A stretch of 63,312 bases of DNA, filler included, from Chiloscyllium plagiosum (GCF_004010195.1; 3 parts of one record of this genome joined end to end with filler, not necessarily neighbours in it), one strand, 5' to 3'. Shown: positions 13,798 to 26,503, counted from the whole stretch's first letter. Made by a program: numbers and translations. Notes: generated by a model not told the origin, from the sequence alone.

Positions 13798-14875
13798 NNN
13801 NNNNNNNNNNNNNNNNNNNNNNNNNNNNNNNNNNNNNNNNNNNNNNNNNNNNNNNNNNNNNNNNNNNNNNNNNNNNNNNNNNNNNNNNNNNNNNNNNNNN
13901 NNNNNNNNNNNNNNNNNNNNNNNNNNNNNNNNNNNNNNNNNNNNNNNNNNNNNNNNNNNNNNNNNNNNNNNNNNNNNNNNNNNNNNNNNNNNNNNNNNNN
14001 NNNNNNNNNNNNNNNNNNNNNNNNNNNNNNNNNNNNNNNNNNNNNNNNNNNNNNNNNNNNNNNNNNNNNNNNNNNNNNNNNNNNNNNNNNNNNNNNNNNN
14101 NNNNNNNNNNNNNNNNNNNNNNNNNNNNNNNNNNNNNNNNNNNNNNNNNNNNNNNNNNNNNNNNNNNNNNNNNNNNNNNNNNNNNNNNNNNNNNNNNNNN
14201 NNNNNNNNNNNNNNNNNNNNNNNNNNNNNNNNNNNNNNNNNNNNNNNNNNNNNNNNNNNNNNNNNNNNNNNNNNNNNNNNNNNNNNNNNNNNNNNNNCAG
14301 AGGGTGGGGGAGAGGTCAGGGTCAGATGGTGGGGGAGAGGTCGAGGGGGAGAGTTCTGGGGTCAGGTCAAGGGGAGAGGTCAAGTGAGAAGAGGTCGGGG
14401 GGTGGAGAGGTCAGGGGAGGGGAGTTTTTGCACCCCATCCACTACCTCCAACACCCACACTTAGTCACAGCGGTGTGTACCGTCCACAAGGTGGACACTG
14501 CATTGACCTTCTCAGGCTCCTCCAACAGCAGCGTCCAACGCCATGGTTACCTCGACCAGGCAGACTGGGGACAGCAGGTACACCACCCTTTCCCCTCCCG
14601 CAAACCACTCACCAACCAAAAAAAACAATCAAAGAGTCTTCAGGTGGTTGGGAGGATCCCATGAGGAGCAGGGGAAATACTAAGTGATCGTTAACAACGG
14701 GACACAGGGATTGGCTGAGGAATCAAACCAGGGAGCCAGGGAGCACCGCCTCCCTGCTTAGGCCGGGACCTTTAAAGGCTCCTATTGGGGAAGGCCTCTG
14801 TTTGACTGAGTTACTCCTGTGGGTAGGGTTGGTAGAGCAGAGTGTGTGCCAGGCAGGTGGGCACTGGGAGCCAGC

Positions 14876-15271
14876 ATGGCTCTAGCCTGGGCCCATGTCA
14901 GCTTCACCGAGGAGTTGCAGTGCCCCATCTGCCTGGAGGTGTTTACTGACCCAGTCATCCTGCCCTGCGGCCACAACTTCTGCCGGCGGTGCGTGCAGGA
15001 GTGCTGGCAGCGCCAGGCACCGGGACTGTGGTGGTGCCCAGAGTGCCGGGAGGCGATGGGTCAGGAGGGCCCTCTGCGACGCAACCAGGTGGTGCAGGAG
15101 ATGAGTGAGGAGGCCCGCTCGCTGGCCGGCCTGTACTGCCAGCAGCATGGCCTCCGCTACAAGCTGTTCTGTGACACTGACCTGCAGCTGATCTGTGTGA
15201 GCTGTCGGGACAGTCCCAAACACCAACAGCACCAGGCCAGCCCTGTCCAGGAGGCTGCGCAATTCTACAAG
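14876..15271 (+). CDS. TRIM E3 ligase (TRIM39/TRIM35/A33-like, class IV) exon 1: RING + B-box2
   Basis: ATG at 14876 in good context (agcATGG). C3HC4 RING CPIC...CGHNFCRRC...CPEC and B-box CQQH...[14 protein letters not shown]...HQQH. 396 nt, ends AAG|gtactg (phase 0). Confidence 0.95.
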
Positions 15272-15367
15272 GTACTGCCCCACCTCGACTCCCCCCTCAC
15301 CCCCATGGCTACCATCCCCACATCTTCTACTTTGGGGTCACCCACCTCCCCCCTTGTGTTCCCACAG

Positions 15368-15463
15368 GTGAAGCTGCAGGAGGTGATCACTTCCCTGCAG
15401 GACCAAGCCAGCACCTTCACCGCCTTCCTCAGCGTAGAGGAGGACAAGATCTCCACTGTCAAG
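15368..15463 (+). CDS. TRIM exon 2 (coiled-coil start)
   Basis: cccacag|GTG...AAG|gtagcc. 96-nt phase 0-0 exon, the size typical of class IV TRIM genes. Encodes [17 protein letters not shown]... Confidence 0.92.
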
Positions 15464-15940
15464 GTAGCCCCCCGGGGACCTTTCAGCGCTCTCCTGTCAG
15501 AGATCGTGCTCGATCTTCCTACGGACTGCGTCTCCGGTTGGAAATACTGGAGCCTGTCAATGTGAGCAGGCCAACTGTAGCTTAGTAACCCAGTGGGAGA
15601 GAAATGGGGTCTGCATTGCGCAGAGTTAACCAAAGATTTTCTGATCCAGCTGCTCACCTCTGGTGGGATGTAAACCTGGATCACCTGGTCCAGAGGTAGG
15701 GACACTATCGCTGCCCCCCCACCAGTCCTGTAATGACATCAGTACAGCTTATGCCAATGATTGTCAGCTACAGTTCAGCACTTCAGGGTCTGAACTGCAA
15801 GGTTATGGCTAAAAGCTGTAGAACAAGGCTTTAAGAGCTAACTTTGTGTTCTGTGTGCTTCCTTACTGTTGGAGCTTTTCGTTTCTTTCATGCGTGCTTT
15901 ATACAATGCACCTTATTTCTTTGCAACTTCCCTTGTGTAG

Positions 15941-16174
15941 AAGAATGCGGAGTCACTGCGGGTGCACGTCAGGGAGCAGTTTGAGCAAATGCACAGCTTC
16001 CTCCGCGAGAGAGAAGCCGGTTTGACCCGGGAGCTGGCGGAACACGAGGCCTCCGCTCTGAGGCTGATCCGGGAGAACCTGCAGACTGTCCAGCTGGGGC
16101 TGTCATCGCTGAGCGCTCAGTTAGCCGAGCTCACCGAACAACAGGCCCAGGGCGACGACGTCGAGTTCCTGAAG
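15941..16174 (+). CDS. TRIM exon 3 (coiled coil)
   Basis: Pyrimidine tract + tgtag|AAG; ends AAG|gtaagg. 234 nt (231 nt if the second AG of the tagAAG tandem acceptor is used). Encodes ...EQFEQMHSFLRERE...DVEFLK. Confidence 0.92.
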
Positions 16175-16397
16175 GTAAGGGGAAAGACGCGGGCAGCAAC
16201 AGACCGTGATCGCTGGGGACGCAATCCCCTGTGGTAGTGTCCTGAAGTTACTCCCTTCACAGGCCAAACCAAATTAGACCGAGAGTGTCTCAGGAGACTC
16301 TGGAATCCGGTGTCGGAAACCAGGTCATCAGATTGGGTTTTAAGGAGCATCTCAGGAGGGATGAGTCAAAGGCAGATTTCAGGGTCTTGGCAATGGG

Positions 16398-16693
16398 AGG
16401 ACTGCAGACGCTGGAGATTAGTCTAGATCAGATTGGTGCTGGAAAAGCACAGCAGGTCAGGCAGCATCCAAGGAGCAGGAAAATCGATGTTTCAGGCAAA
16501 AGTCTGTCATGAATCCTGACTATAGTCTATATAGACTATAGTCCAACAGGTTTATTTGGAAGCATTAGCTCCTACAATCACCTGATGAAGGAGCGGCGCT
16601 CTGAAAGCTAGTGCTTGCAAATAAACCTGTTGGACTATAACCTGGCGTTGATTTTTAACTTTGTCCACCCCAGTCTGACACCGGCTCCTCCAC
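16398..16693. mobile_element. Two adjacent Penelope-terminus-derived short elements in TRIM intron 3; the second has inverted arms and a hammerhead-like core
   Basis: 16398-16515 matches the element at 30200 and 46680. 16537-16570 is inverted relative to 16606-16639. CTGATGA...GAAAGCTA at 16582-16610. Confidence 0.6.
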
Positions 16694-17282
16694 ACTCTGA
16701 CTTGGGAAGGAAGAAGAGGAAAACCGTTTTATCTAAATGGTGAGAGGTTGCAGAGTTCTGAGGCGCAGAGAGATCTGGCTGTCCTGACGCGTGAATCACA
16801 AAAGGAGTCTGCACATTGAGTAAACAATTGGGAAAGCTAACAGAATGTTGCCATTTATCTCAGAGGATTGAATACAAAAATGATCCTTCAGCTATACAGC
16901 TCACTGGTGAGACCACATTTGTGCAGAATACTGAGCAGAGCTTGAGGGGGCGCGTGTGTCCTTATTTAGTGAATGATGTTACTGTGGGGGTAGTTCAGAG
17001 GCTTATCACACCTGTAGCTAGAATGGGTGGGCTTGTGTTATGAGGAAAGGCTAGGTCTGTATCACTGAAGTTTGGGAGAGGGGTGACTTGATTACAGTAA
17101 ATAAAATCCTGTGGAGAGACTGACGGTATATGCAGACAGAATATTTATTTTTCTGGGGAAAATGTAGAACTAGAGTCCCATGTTCACAAACCAGGACTAC
17201 TCAGTCCGGGTCACGTTTTGTGGGTCATGAATGTTTGGCACTCCCTTCCTGAACCGGTGGTGACAATAGTCCTTTAATGACT

Positions 17283-17595
17283 GGCATGGCAGTTCAGGGG
17301 TTAGCACCACTGCCCCTCAGCAGTGGGTTTGATTCCCAGCCTCGGGGCGACTGTCTGTGTGGAGTTTGCACATTCTCCCCGTGTCTGCGTGGGTTTCCTC
17401 CGGGTGCTCTGGTTTCCTCCCATAATCCAAAAGGTGCACAGGTTAACGCGGACTGGCCATGGTAAACTGTTCAGGGCTGCGCAGGTTAGGTAGTTCGGTT
17501 GTGGAAAGTGCAGAGATGGGTGGGGACGCTCCTCAGTGGGTCGATGTGGACTCTGGGCCGAATGGCCTGTTTCCACGCTGTAGGGATTCTATGAT
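17283..17595 (+). mobile_element. HE1-like SINE (diverged)
   Basis: V-domain and 3' tail recognisable. Confidence 0.85.
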
Positions 17596-17652
17596 TTGGT
17601 GAAATGAGATCAAATCAACTGCTTTCTATCTCTCTCCATGTATATCTTTCAG

Positions 17653-17669
17653 GAGGTGAGCCAGCAAAG
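17653..17669 (+). CDS. TRIM exon 4 (micro-exon)
   Basis: tctttcag|GAGGTGAGCCAGCAAAG|gtgagt. 17 nt, phase 0 to 2, needed to join exon 3 to exon 5 in frame. Confidence 0.8.
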
Positions 17670-17754
17670 GTGAGTACCAAATCTCCCAGCATCCCCCTCT
17701 CCTCGAAGATGCATGTTCCTGTTCTGGCAACATGACCAATCAGTGTGTCCACAG

Positions 17755-17867
17755 GCCCCACGATATCCCACTGCCAGCTAAAGCATCGACGGACCTGCCT
17801 CTGGGAATATTCAAAGGGCCTTTGCAGTACAAAGTGTGGAAAGAGATGAAGGACTTCATCAATCCAG
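17755..17867 (+). CDS. TRIM exon 5 (linker)
   Basis: ccacag|G CCC CAC...AAT CCA G|gtaaag. Encodes DLPLGIFKGPLQYKVWKEMKDFINP, the motif typical of the pre-B30.2 linker in fish/amphibian TRIMs. Phase 2 to 1. Confidence 0.9.
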
Positions 17868-18559
17868 GTAAAGAGGGAGATTTTTCCATTGATTTTTTTT
17901 GGGCATGGGGTTTTAATTCCGAACTGGGCCAACAGACAGCAAGAGCGTTTCAAGCAAGCAGCTCCCCACCTCGAGGGTAACGAAGGACGGGGGGGTAAAT
18001 GCTGGCCCAGCCACCAGAGATGTTTTTAAACGGAGAAACAGCTGCTGTTGTGGAGCTTCCTGTCTTGGAACGATCTTTATGCTGACCTGTCTCCAGCTTC
18101 AGCAGAAACCCTCCCTGATTGAGGGGAATGACTGCAAATGTGAGAAATCTGAAACTGAAAAGGGAGGAACCCCAGCAGGTCTGAGCAGGTAACAGCCTCA
18201 CTGGAGACTCGAAGTGTTAACTGTTTCTCTGTCTGCTGATGCTGTCAGACCGGCTGAGTTTCTCCAGAACTCCTTCCCATCCTCCTGCTGTGTAGGTATG
18301 CCGTTTGGTAAAATTTGTTCACTGACCTCTCCTCCACCCTGCACCTCCTCTCCACGCGCCCCCCCCCCCCCCCAGTCAAACCTTTAAATCATCTTTGATT
18401 CTGCATCCCAATTTGCTTCCAGTATTTTGTTTCCGGAACTGCCATGAGGTGACTTAGATGGGCTGTGACCAACCAAGTGCACTTGAAGGTGGATAAATGT
18501 GAAGTTCACTTCAGTATGAGGAGATATAAAAAAGCATTATTATTTAAATAGGGATAGAT

Positions 18560-20160
18560 TGGGAGTTGAGAACATCATAGCTAGGAACAGGAATAGGCCA
18601 TTCAGCCCCTCCAACCCGCTCCCATTTAATACAAGCAGGGTGCATCTCATTTCGGTCTCAACTCTATTACTCTGCCTGTTCCCCATAACCCTCCAACCCG
18701 TTACTGATTAAAAATCGATCAAACTCCTTAAATTTACTGAATGTATCAGCACCCTCTGCGCTCTGGGGTAGTGAATTCCACAGATATATGACCTTTTTAG
18801 AACTAATTCCTCCCGGTCTGTTGTAAATCTACCACCCTTCAGCCTGAAACGGTGACCTCTCGTTCTAGATCGCCCCACAAGGCGAAATATCTCTTCCCCC
18901 ACCCCCCACCCCCCCATCCATCTTGCCAAGCCCCTTTGAGCATCTTGTACACAGTCCTTCTAAACCTGGAGAGACAGGCCTAAACTGGTCAATCCCACCT
19001 CCTATCACCTCTGGAATAAATCTAATGCACCTTTGAAACTGACCCTGACACAATTAAGTCCTTAAGGGGACCAAAACTGTTGGGTAACCCGGGTAAACAA
19101 GGGTGGCCTGGAGTGGAAGGTTTGAGCTACAGGGAGAGGCTGGGATTTTTTTGTGAGTAAAGGAGGCCAAGGGGTGACCTTAGAGGTTTATAAAATCACA
19201 AGGGACATAGATAAGGTGAGTGGCAGGTGGCATTTTCTCCCCCTGAGGGTGGGGGATTTCAAAACTAAGGGGCATATTTTTTTAAAAGTGAAAGATTTTT
19301 AAAAAAGGACATGGAGCCACTGTTTTACATCGTGGCCCATATGGAATAAACTTCCAGAGGAAGTAGAGGAGGCAGGGTATGGCTATAGCATTCAAAAGGC
19401 ACTTGGATAAGTACATGCCTTGGAAAGGTTTGGAGGGATATGGGCCAGGAGCAGGCAGGTGGGACTGGTTTAGTTTGAGATTATGTTCGGCATGGACCGA
19501 AGGGTCTATTTCCATGCTGTAAGACTCTATAAACTGCACAGAATTGTTGATGTATAAGGGGACCTAGGAGCTGTCTTAGTGGAAAGTGAGCATATAGGTG
19601 CAGCCTATATACTCACTGTTTGGAAGGATACTGCCTTCAGTGCACAGGGTTTGAGTACAAGTCTTACTGCAGCTGCATAGGTAAACTCAGACTTGGGGTA
19701 TTGGAGACCGAAACTGCTTTTACAAGCAATTGCCATCCTTGTGATCGATGGAATACAATGAAGGCTCACCAAGTGGATTCTTGGCACAGCAGGCTTCTCG
19801 GATGAGGAGAGATCGGCTTCTCTGAGCCTGCACTGATTGGATTTCAGAGGAATGAGCTGTAGAATTTGGACAGGGCTGGACAGATTGGGTGCAGGGATGG
19901 TGAGGGTGGAGTACCTGGAACAAGGGGTCACAATGAGGACATATGATATTTCAGACTGAGATGGGGAGAGTTTTTCGCGTCGTCGGTGGTGAACCTCTGC
20001 AGTTTTCCACCCCGGACACCTCTGGAGGCAGAGTCACTGAATGTGTTTAAGAAATAGGTAGATTCCTTGGGTATGGGGAGAGGAACGTGATGGCCTTGAG
20101 ATAGGCATAAAGTTGGATGTCAGTGTGTGCTGGAGGGGCCGAAAGGCTTGGTTCCTACTA
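18560..20160. mobile_element. Cluster of decayed CR1-type LINE 3' fragments in both orientations
   Basis: SRTRGHRFRLKG (minus strand) and a HER1-like plus-strand segment at about 19100-19530 ending in gactctat. Confidence 0.7.
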
Positions 20161-20817
20161 TTCAGTATGAGGGAGAATTCCCTGTGTCATCCCTTCACTC
20201 ACTCCCCAGGACAGCACAGGGTTAGATACAGAGTAAAGCTCCCTCTACACTGTCCCCATCAAACACTCCTTTAGATACCCCTCTCTAATTCCCCCGGTTT
20301 TATGTTGTGAATGAGCGTGCCTATTAATAGGCAGCCTTTGTTCTATACAATAAGACAGCTGGGACTGACTGAAAACTCTCTCCATGTAGGACTCCTCTGC
20401 TAAGGGAGTGCAGGATTGTGCTGTCTGTCCTGTCCTGTCGATTCTGCAGGCAGAAGGTCAGCTCGCTGCCCTGTTAGAATCGGGGTGGTTTCTGACTGCC
20501 CCCAGTGTTGGCAGTTGATCATTGGTAACAAATGTTTTAGATAGTTCATGAAGTTTGGCAAATAGCAGCAGTTTAGCATTTTATTAAATTGAACAAAGTG
20601 TACAAACAGTGACAGTGGAGTTCGGCTCACTGATAGCCACGGATGACTGTACTTTGCCTCAGGGTGTGTCCATTCCATTATAACTGTCAAGGTAGCGTCC
20701 TGCTCTCCAGCTGAAGCCTATGGACCTCTCTTCTTCCTTCCCCGGATAGCAAGACTGACGTGGGAGAGGTTGAGTCAGTTCGATTGGATTCACCAGGGTT
20801 TAGATGAATGAGGTGGT

Positions 20818-21127
20818 GGTACGGTGGCTCAGTGGTTAGCACTACTGTCTCTCAGCCCCAAGGACCTGGGTTCGATCCCAGCCTTGGGCGACTGAGAACA
20901 CCACACAATGTGTCTGCGTGGGTTTCCTCCGGGTGCTCCGGTTTCCTCCCATAATCCAAAGATGTACCGTGGTTTAGCCATGGGAAATTGCCCGTAGTGT
21001 CCAGGGATGTGGAGGTGAGGTGCATTAGTCAGAGGTAAATGCAAGGGTCTGGGTGGGATGCTGTTTGGAGGGTCAGTGTGAACTTGGTGGGCCGAATGGC
21101 CTGTTACCACACTGCGGAAATTCTATA
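20818..21127 (+). mobile_element. HE1-like SINE (diverged)
   Basis: A box/B box, V-domain remnant and tail. Confidence 0.8.
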
Positions 21128-22149
21128 CTGAGATCTTCTATACTCACTTCTCTCATATTCCAACAGGACCAGACAGGATAAACCAGGGTGTTCCTGATGG
21201 GGAGGATGGGGTGAGCCCAGAGGCAGGGCTCACTTTTTAAGGATAAACCCTTCAGAACTGAGGTGTGAAGATATGCCTCACTCAGAGGCTGGTGAACCTA
21301 CTGCAATAGGAAATGGTGGCGGAAACATTGTGTTTTCAAGCCGGTAGATATAGCTGTTGGGGCTGAAGGGATTTTGGGTGGTTGCAGGATTTGGATATTA
21401 CACTCTATGATCTGCCATGATGGTGGTGGTGCGGGCCCAAGGAGGGGGACGTCTCTCTCCTATCTTTTGTTTCGATGGGGCTTCCTCCTCTGCCTTCCCT
21501 GTAAAGGAGGGAGCTGCTTGCTGAGTAACTGTTGTACCCCGTGTATCGGAAAGCCGGTTGTTCACAATGTGTCAATCGCCCATTTTTTAAATCCATTCCC
21601 CCCCAAGTTCCCCTTATTTCCATTCATCCCCGAGGCTTGGCTGCCCATCCCTCAGTTGCCCTTCAGGTGGCGCCACCTTGTACTGTTGATGTTAATGATG
21701 AGTAAAGGTTGTGTTGAGGTTAAAATCTGATCAGCTATGGCCTGACTGAAGGGTGGGGGTGGGAAGCAGGCTCCAAGGGCCTGTTCTTTCCTTGCCCATA
21801 CGATGGGCTGAATGGCCACAGTTTGGGCTGTGATACAGGGATCACCCAACCTTTTATTAAATACCATTCATGGGACAAGAGTATTGCTGGCCAGGTCACC
21901 ATTTATTGTTCATCCCTGATTGTCCAGAGGGCAGTTAAGTCAACCCCATTGCTGTGGGTCTGGAGTCGCATGTAGGCCAGACCCGGTAAAGATGGCAGAT
22001 TTCCTTCCCTGAAGGACATTAGGGAACCAGGTGGGGTTTTTCTGACCATCAACAATGATCATTAGACTCTTAATTCCAGGTTTTTGTTAAAATTGGACCA
22101 GCCGCCGTCTTACTGGGATGGAAGGAGAGACAGTGAGATCACTTGAAGG

Positions 22150-22908
22150 TCTGCGGTATGGGTTGAGGAATGGTAGATGGAGTTTAATCTGTATAAATGT
22201 GAGGAATCGCATTTTTGTAAAACAAATTAAGAAAACAAAAATAAAGCAAATCTAAAAGTAGGGCCCTGGGTAATGTTGTGGAACAGAGGTTTAGGGGTTC
22301 AGGTACATAATCCTTTGAAGTTTGTCACAGGTAGACAGGATGGTTAAGAAGGCATTGAGCACACTTGTCTTCATTGCTCAGGGCTTCAGTGTAGGAGTAG
22401 GGACGTCATGTTGAAGTTGTACAGGACATTGGTGAGTCTGCTTCTGAAATACTGTCAAGTTTTGGTCGCCCTGTTATGGGCAGGATATTAAACTGAGGTG
22501 GGTTCAGAAAAGATTTACCAGGATGTTGCTGGGAATGGAGAGCTTGAGTTTAAAAATAGGCTGGGACTGTTTTCACTGGAGTGTAGGAGGTTTAGAGGTG
22601 ACCTTATCGAGGTTTATAAAAGCACAGGGGTGTAGGGTTTCAAGACTACGGGCCACATTAAGGTGAGAGGAGAGTTCTTTTTTAAAAAAAAAGACAAGAT
22701 GGGCAACTTTTTTCACATGCATGGAATGAACTGCCAGAGAAAGTGGTGGGTGCAGATAGTTTCAAAGACATTTGGATAATTACACGAAGTAAGAAATAAT
22801 TTAAGGGGTATTGGTCAACCTCAGGCAGGTGGGTCTGGTTTAATTTCGGATTAGGGTTAGTCTGGACAAGTTGGGCCGAAGGGTCTGTTTCCATGCTGTA
22901 TGACTCTG
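22150..22908 (+). mobile_element. CR1/HER1 LINE 3' fragment ending next to the TRIM exon 6 acceptor
   Basis: Nucleotide similarity to other HER1 copies; tail gggtctgtttccatgctgtatgactctg. Confidence 0.8.
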
Positions 22909-22937
22909 TCCTTTTTCCCCCTCTTTCTCTCTCCCAG

Positions 22938-23479
22938 TCCCTGAGGCTCTGACGCTGGACCGGGGCTCGGCCCACCAGCGCCTCCTGGTGTCCGAGGACC
23001 TGACCCACGTCCGGCTGACCGACAGCAACCAGCAGCCGCAGGGGCCGGAGCGCTTCGGGCCATGTGTCAACATCCTGGCGGCACAGGGCTTCCAGTCGGG
23101 CAGGCACTACTGGGAGGTGGAGGTGGGCACCAAGACGGCCTGGGACCTGGGCGTGGCCCGTGAGACGGTGCGCAGGAAAGGCCGCATCACCCTGTCACCG
23201 GTGGACGGCTACTGGACGCTGTGGCTGCGGGATGGCGACCAGTACAAGGCCCTGGATTGGCCAGCCGTGCCACTGGCCCCCAGCGCCCAGCCCAGGAAGG
23301 TGGGCGTCTACCTGGACTTCGAGGGCGGCCAGGTCTCCTTCTACAACGCTGATGACATGAGCCACCTGTACACCTTCAGGGACACCTTCAGAGAGCGCCT
23401 CTTCCCCTACTTCAGCCCCTACCTGACCAGCTGTCCCGGCAACGCTGAGGGCATCCGGCTGTGCACGCCAAAGCTGTAA
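22938..23479 (+). CDS. TRIM exon 6: PRY-SPRY (B30.2) domain and stop
   Basis: ctcccag|TC CCT GAG. LTLD...HYWEVEV...WDLGVA...VGVYLDFEGGQVSFYN...LFPYFSP...TAA. The six exons total 1398 nt = 465 aa + stop. Confidence 0.95.
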
Positions 23480-23597
23480 CCTCCACCAGCACCGCCCCCT
23501 ACCTTGGCAGAACCTCCACGTGGTTGTGGGGCTGCCTTACCTCATCAGCCTGACCCTCCCCTCCCTCCATCGTGATGCTACCTTATCTGCTGCCTTT

Positions 23598-23740
23598 CAC
23601 CAGCCTGACCCCCCATTGTGTTACTGTATCTGCCCCTTCACACCAGCCTGACCCCCCATTGTGTTACTGTATCTGCCCCTTCACACCAGCCTGACCCCCC
23701 ATTGTGATGTTACTGTATCTGCCCCTTCACACCAGCCTGA
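23598..23740 (+). repeat. About 43-bp tandem repeat (about 3.3 copies) in the TRIM 3' UTR
   Basis: caccagcctgacccccattgtgttactgtatctgccccttca starts at 23598, 23641, 23684 and 23730. Confidence 0.9.
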
Positions 23741-23787
23741 ACTCACTGACCAACCCCTACCATTGTGACGATTTCTGTAATTGCTCT

Positions 23788-23793
23788 ATTAAA
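23788..23793 (+). terminator. Candidate poly(A) signal (ATTAAA) of the TRIM gene
   Basis: ATTAAA about 310 nt after the stop, followed by GT/T-rich sequence. Confidence 0.45.
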
Positions 23794-23854
23794 ATGAGTC
23801 ATAGCTTGGATGTGCGCAGAGTGATGGCAACTTTATTGTGGGTACCATAGGTTA

Positions 23855-24172
23855 TAGAATCCCCTACACTGTGGAAGCAGGCCATTCAGCCCACTGGGTT
23901 TGCACTGCCCCTTTAAACATCATCCCCTCCCCTACCTTATCCCTGTAACCCTGCATTTCCCCATGGCTAACCCATGTAGCCTGTACATCTCTCCACAATA
24001 GTGACAATTTTCTCACATCTTTGGACTGTGGGAGAAAACTGGAGCAGCCAGTGGAAACCTACGCAGACACAGGGAGAATGTGCAAACTCCACACAGACTG
24101 TCGCCTGAGGCAGGAATCGAACCCAGGTCCCTGGCGCTGAGAGGCAGCAGTGCTAACCCCTGAGCCACCGGG
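23855..24172 (-). mobile_element. HE1-like SINE
   Basis: Reverse-complement match. Confidence 0.85.
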
Positions 24173-26503
24173 CTGGCTGTGTTGGTTGTATGAGACTCTC
24201 CTGTCTGTTGGTCAACTTTGATAGTTTGACCTTTTCCCCCTTCCCACTTCCCTCTCCTCCTCCTTCCCCCTTTGGATTTCTGCCATGGAAGCCAGGAGCA
24301 GGAGTGAGGCCATTTGTGAGCTAACTCCAACGTGATCGTAGAGATGAGACCCATTGCCGTGCCCTCTTGCAACATCCCGCCCTCAGTGTAAACAAAATGG
24401 CATTGACGGTGAATAAAATGATGGAAGTTTTGGTTTCTTAAACTGGAGGAGTGCGGTGATACTGAGGGGGAAAGGGGTAATGCTGTAGAGGAGGCCATGC
24501 CTATTATAGGTTCTGTAGCCTGCCCCATTTTAATGTGTAGTAGAGCCCAAGTTATTGTTCAAATAGTCTAATGGTCATAGTCCATTACTTGAAGGCTCCC
24601 TAGGGATGAGGAGACAAGATTTTAATAAATGACAGATTACATAAGGCCAAAACAGAACATTATCAAACAAAATCAAAGTCGTTGCAGTATTGCACTGGGG
24701 CCTGTTGCTTCAGTGACCTCATCACTGAAGAGTAGAGGTCAACGTGAAGTCAAGTGCAGCAAACCGTGATGCCTCCTGTGGTAGGATTGGCTGGTGTTTC
24801 TCCATACTGTGGTGGTATAGTGGGTTGTTATGGGTCAGGGAGACAGCGAGGAGATCGCTGGCTTCCAGTTCAGTGATTACAGCCTGTCTCACTGCCCAGC
24901 GATGGATCAGACCATGAGTGCTTGGAAAGAAATTTCTCAATGGGACACTTCAACATGGTCTCGCCTTTTCTAAAACAGGTGACAGGCGAAGATGGCTGCT
25001 TGACCAATGCACAATAGGACTGGTTCAAGTATCACATTAGGCACTAGCATTCCAGAGAGCTCAGTGGTCCTCAGCATCCCAATCTTGAGAATCTCAGTGA
25101 AGCTCCTCATTGGCTGGCTATGCCTCACTGTAATCTGTATGGAGTTGGCTGGTCAGGTAACTTTTAAACAACCATGTTTTTGGCTGCTTGTCCAGTGACA
25201 GTCAGATGGATCCCTGCCCCCTCTCATTGTTTCACCATGGAGACAGGCAGCCACACCAAATCAGCCTGCCTACCACTGTATTCTTCATACAGCCAAATTA
25301 AATCCTTCAGGTCAGCCCAATGGTTCCAATCCCAGATTTGGTGTAATCTGTTCTAGAAACTGCACTTGCAGCTTAAACAAAAGACTTGGCAATTTATTAA
25401 CAATATAGTAATGTTATCAGAGCAAAATGCCCATGATTTTACACCCAATAATCTTTGTTTACCTCCAGTCATTTGAAAGACAAACAGAAATAGTTTGAAA
25501 CTTTGAGGAAGTCGCTTTTATGTATGAGTTTCTGGTCCATGGTTTTACAATAATTGATAATGGAAGGTCAGGCAGGGAACTTCCAAGCCTTCATGGTGTA
25601 ATATCAGCCAGACTGTTAGAAAACACCGTCTAAAACTCTAGCACCTCCCTGGAAGATTCCTCTGTGGTTTCCTAGTTACCATTCACGTGAGAACTGAGTC
25701 TCTTCCAGACTTGTGAGGACCAATTTCTAGGCACTGGTCTCACCAATGGGCAACCATCTCTGCTATCTATTTAAGCACACTGCCACTGCACGATCAAAAC
25801 ATCTACAGAGCACTTCTTAATGAGAATTGACCTGCAAGAAACAACAGGCCTGTTCATTCCTTTTCTATTCACAAGCTGCTGACCACAGTACTAAGGTTAT
25901 CTTCAGCTCACAGCGCCAAGCCAAAAATGATTTTACAAAACCTCAGTTGTAAAGATAAAGTCTAGCAATCAGCCCCTTGACAACTCTGCACCAAGAATGT
26001 GATACAAAGTACTGGGGATCAGAAACAGATTGCTGGAGAAACTCAGCAGGTCTGGCAGACATATGTAGAGAGAACAGAGTTTTCAAGTCCAGTGATGTTT
26101 CTTCAGAATGGTGTATGCCTGGGACTGACGTACAGGGACCAAATGGGTGTCAGGTACAGGAATCAGACAGGTGAACACCTGGGTCTGAGATGTACTGGAC
26201 CTCCAAATATCATGATGCTATTTGTGGGAGCTTGCTGTGCCCAAAATGTCCATTGGAGTTTCCCAAATTACAACGGGGTTACCATTTAAAAGGGGCTCCA
26301 GTGGCTGCCAAATGCATCAGGTCACGAGTGGGCGTTTCAGAAGCCAGGTCACTGGAATCGCAACGTCTCTCTCTGCAGAGCCAGATGCACACGCTGAGTT
26401 TCTCCGTTACACTGTTTCCACCTCGGCCATCGATCGTCTGACCAGAAATGGCGGGCCGCGGTTCAGGACGCGTGCGGCTCCATCGGGATGCCCCCTTCAA
26501 AGT

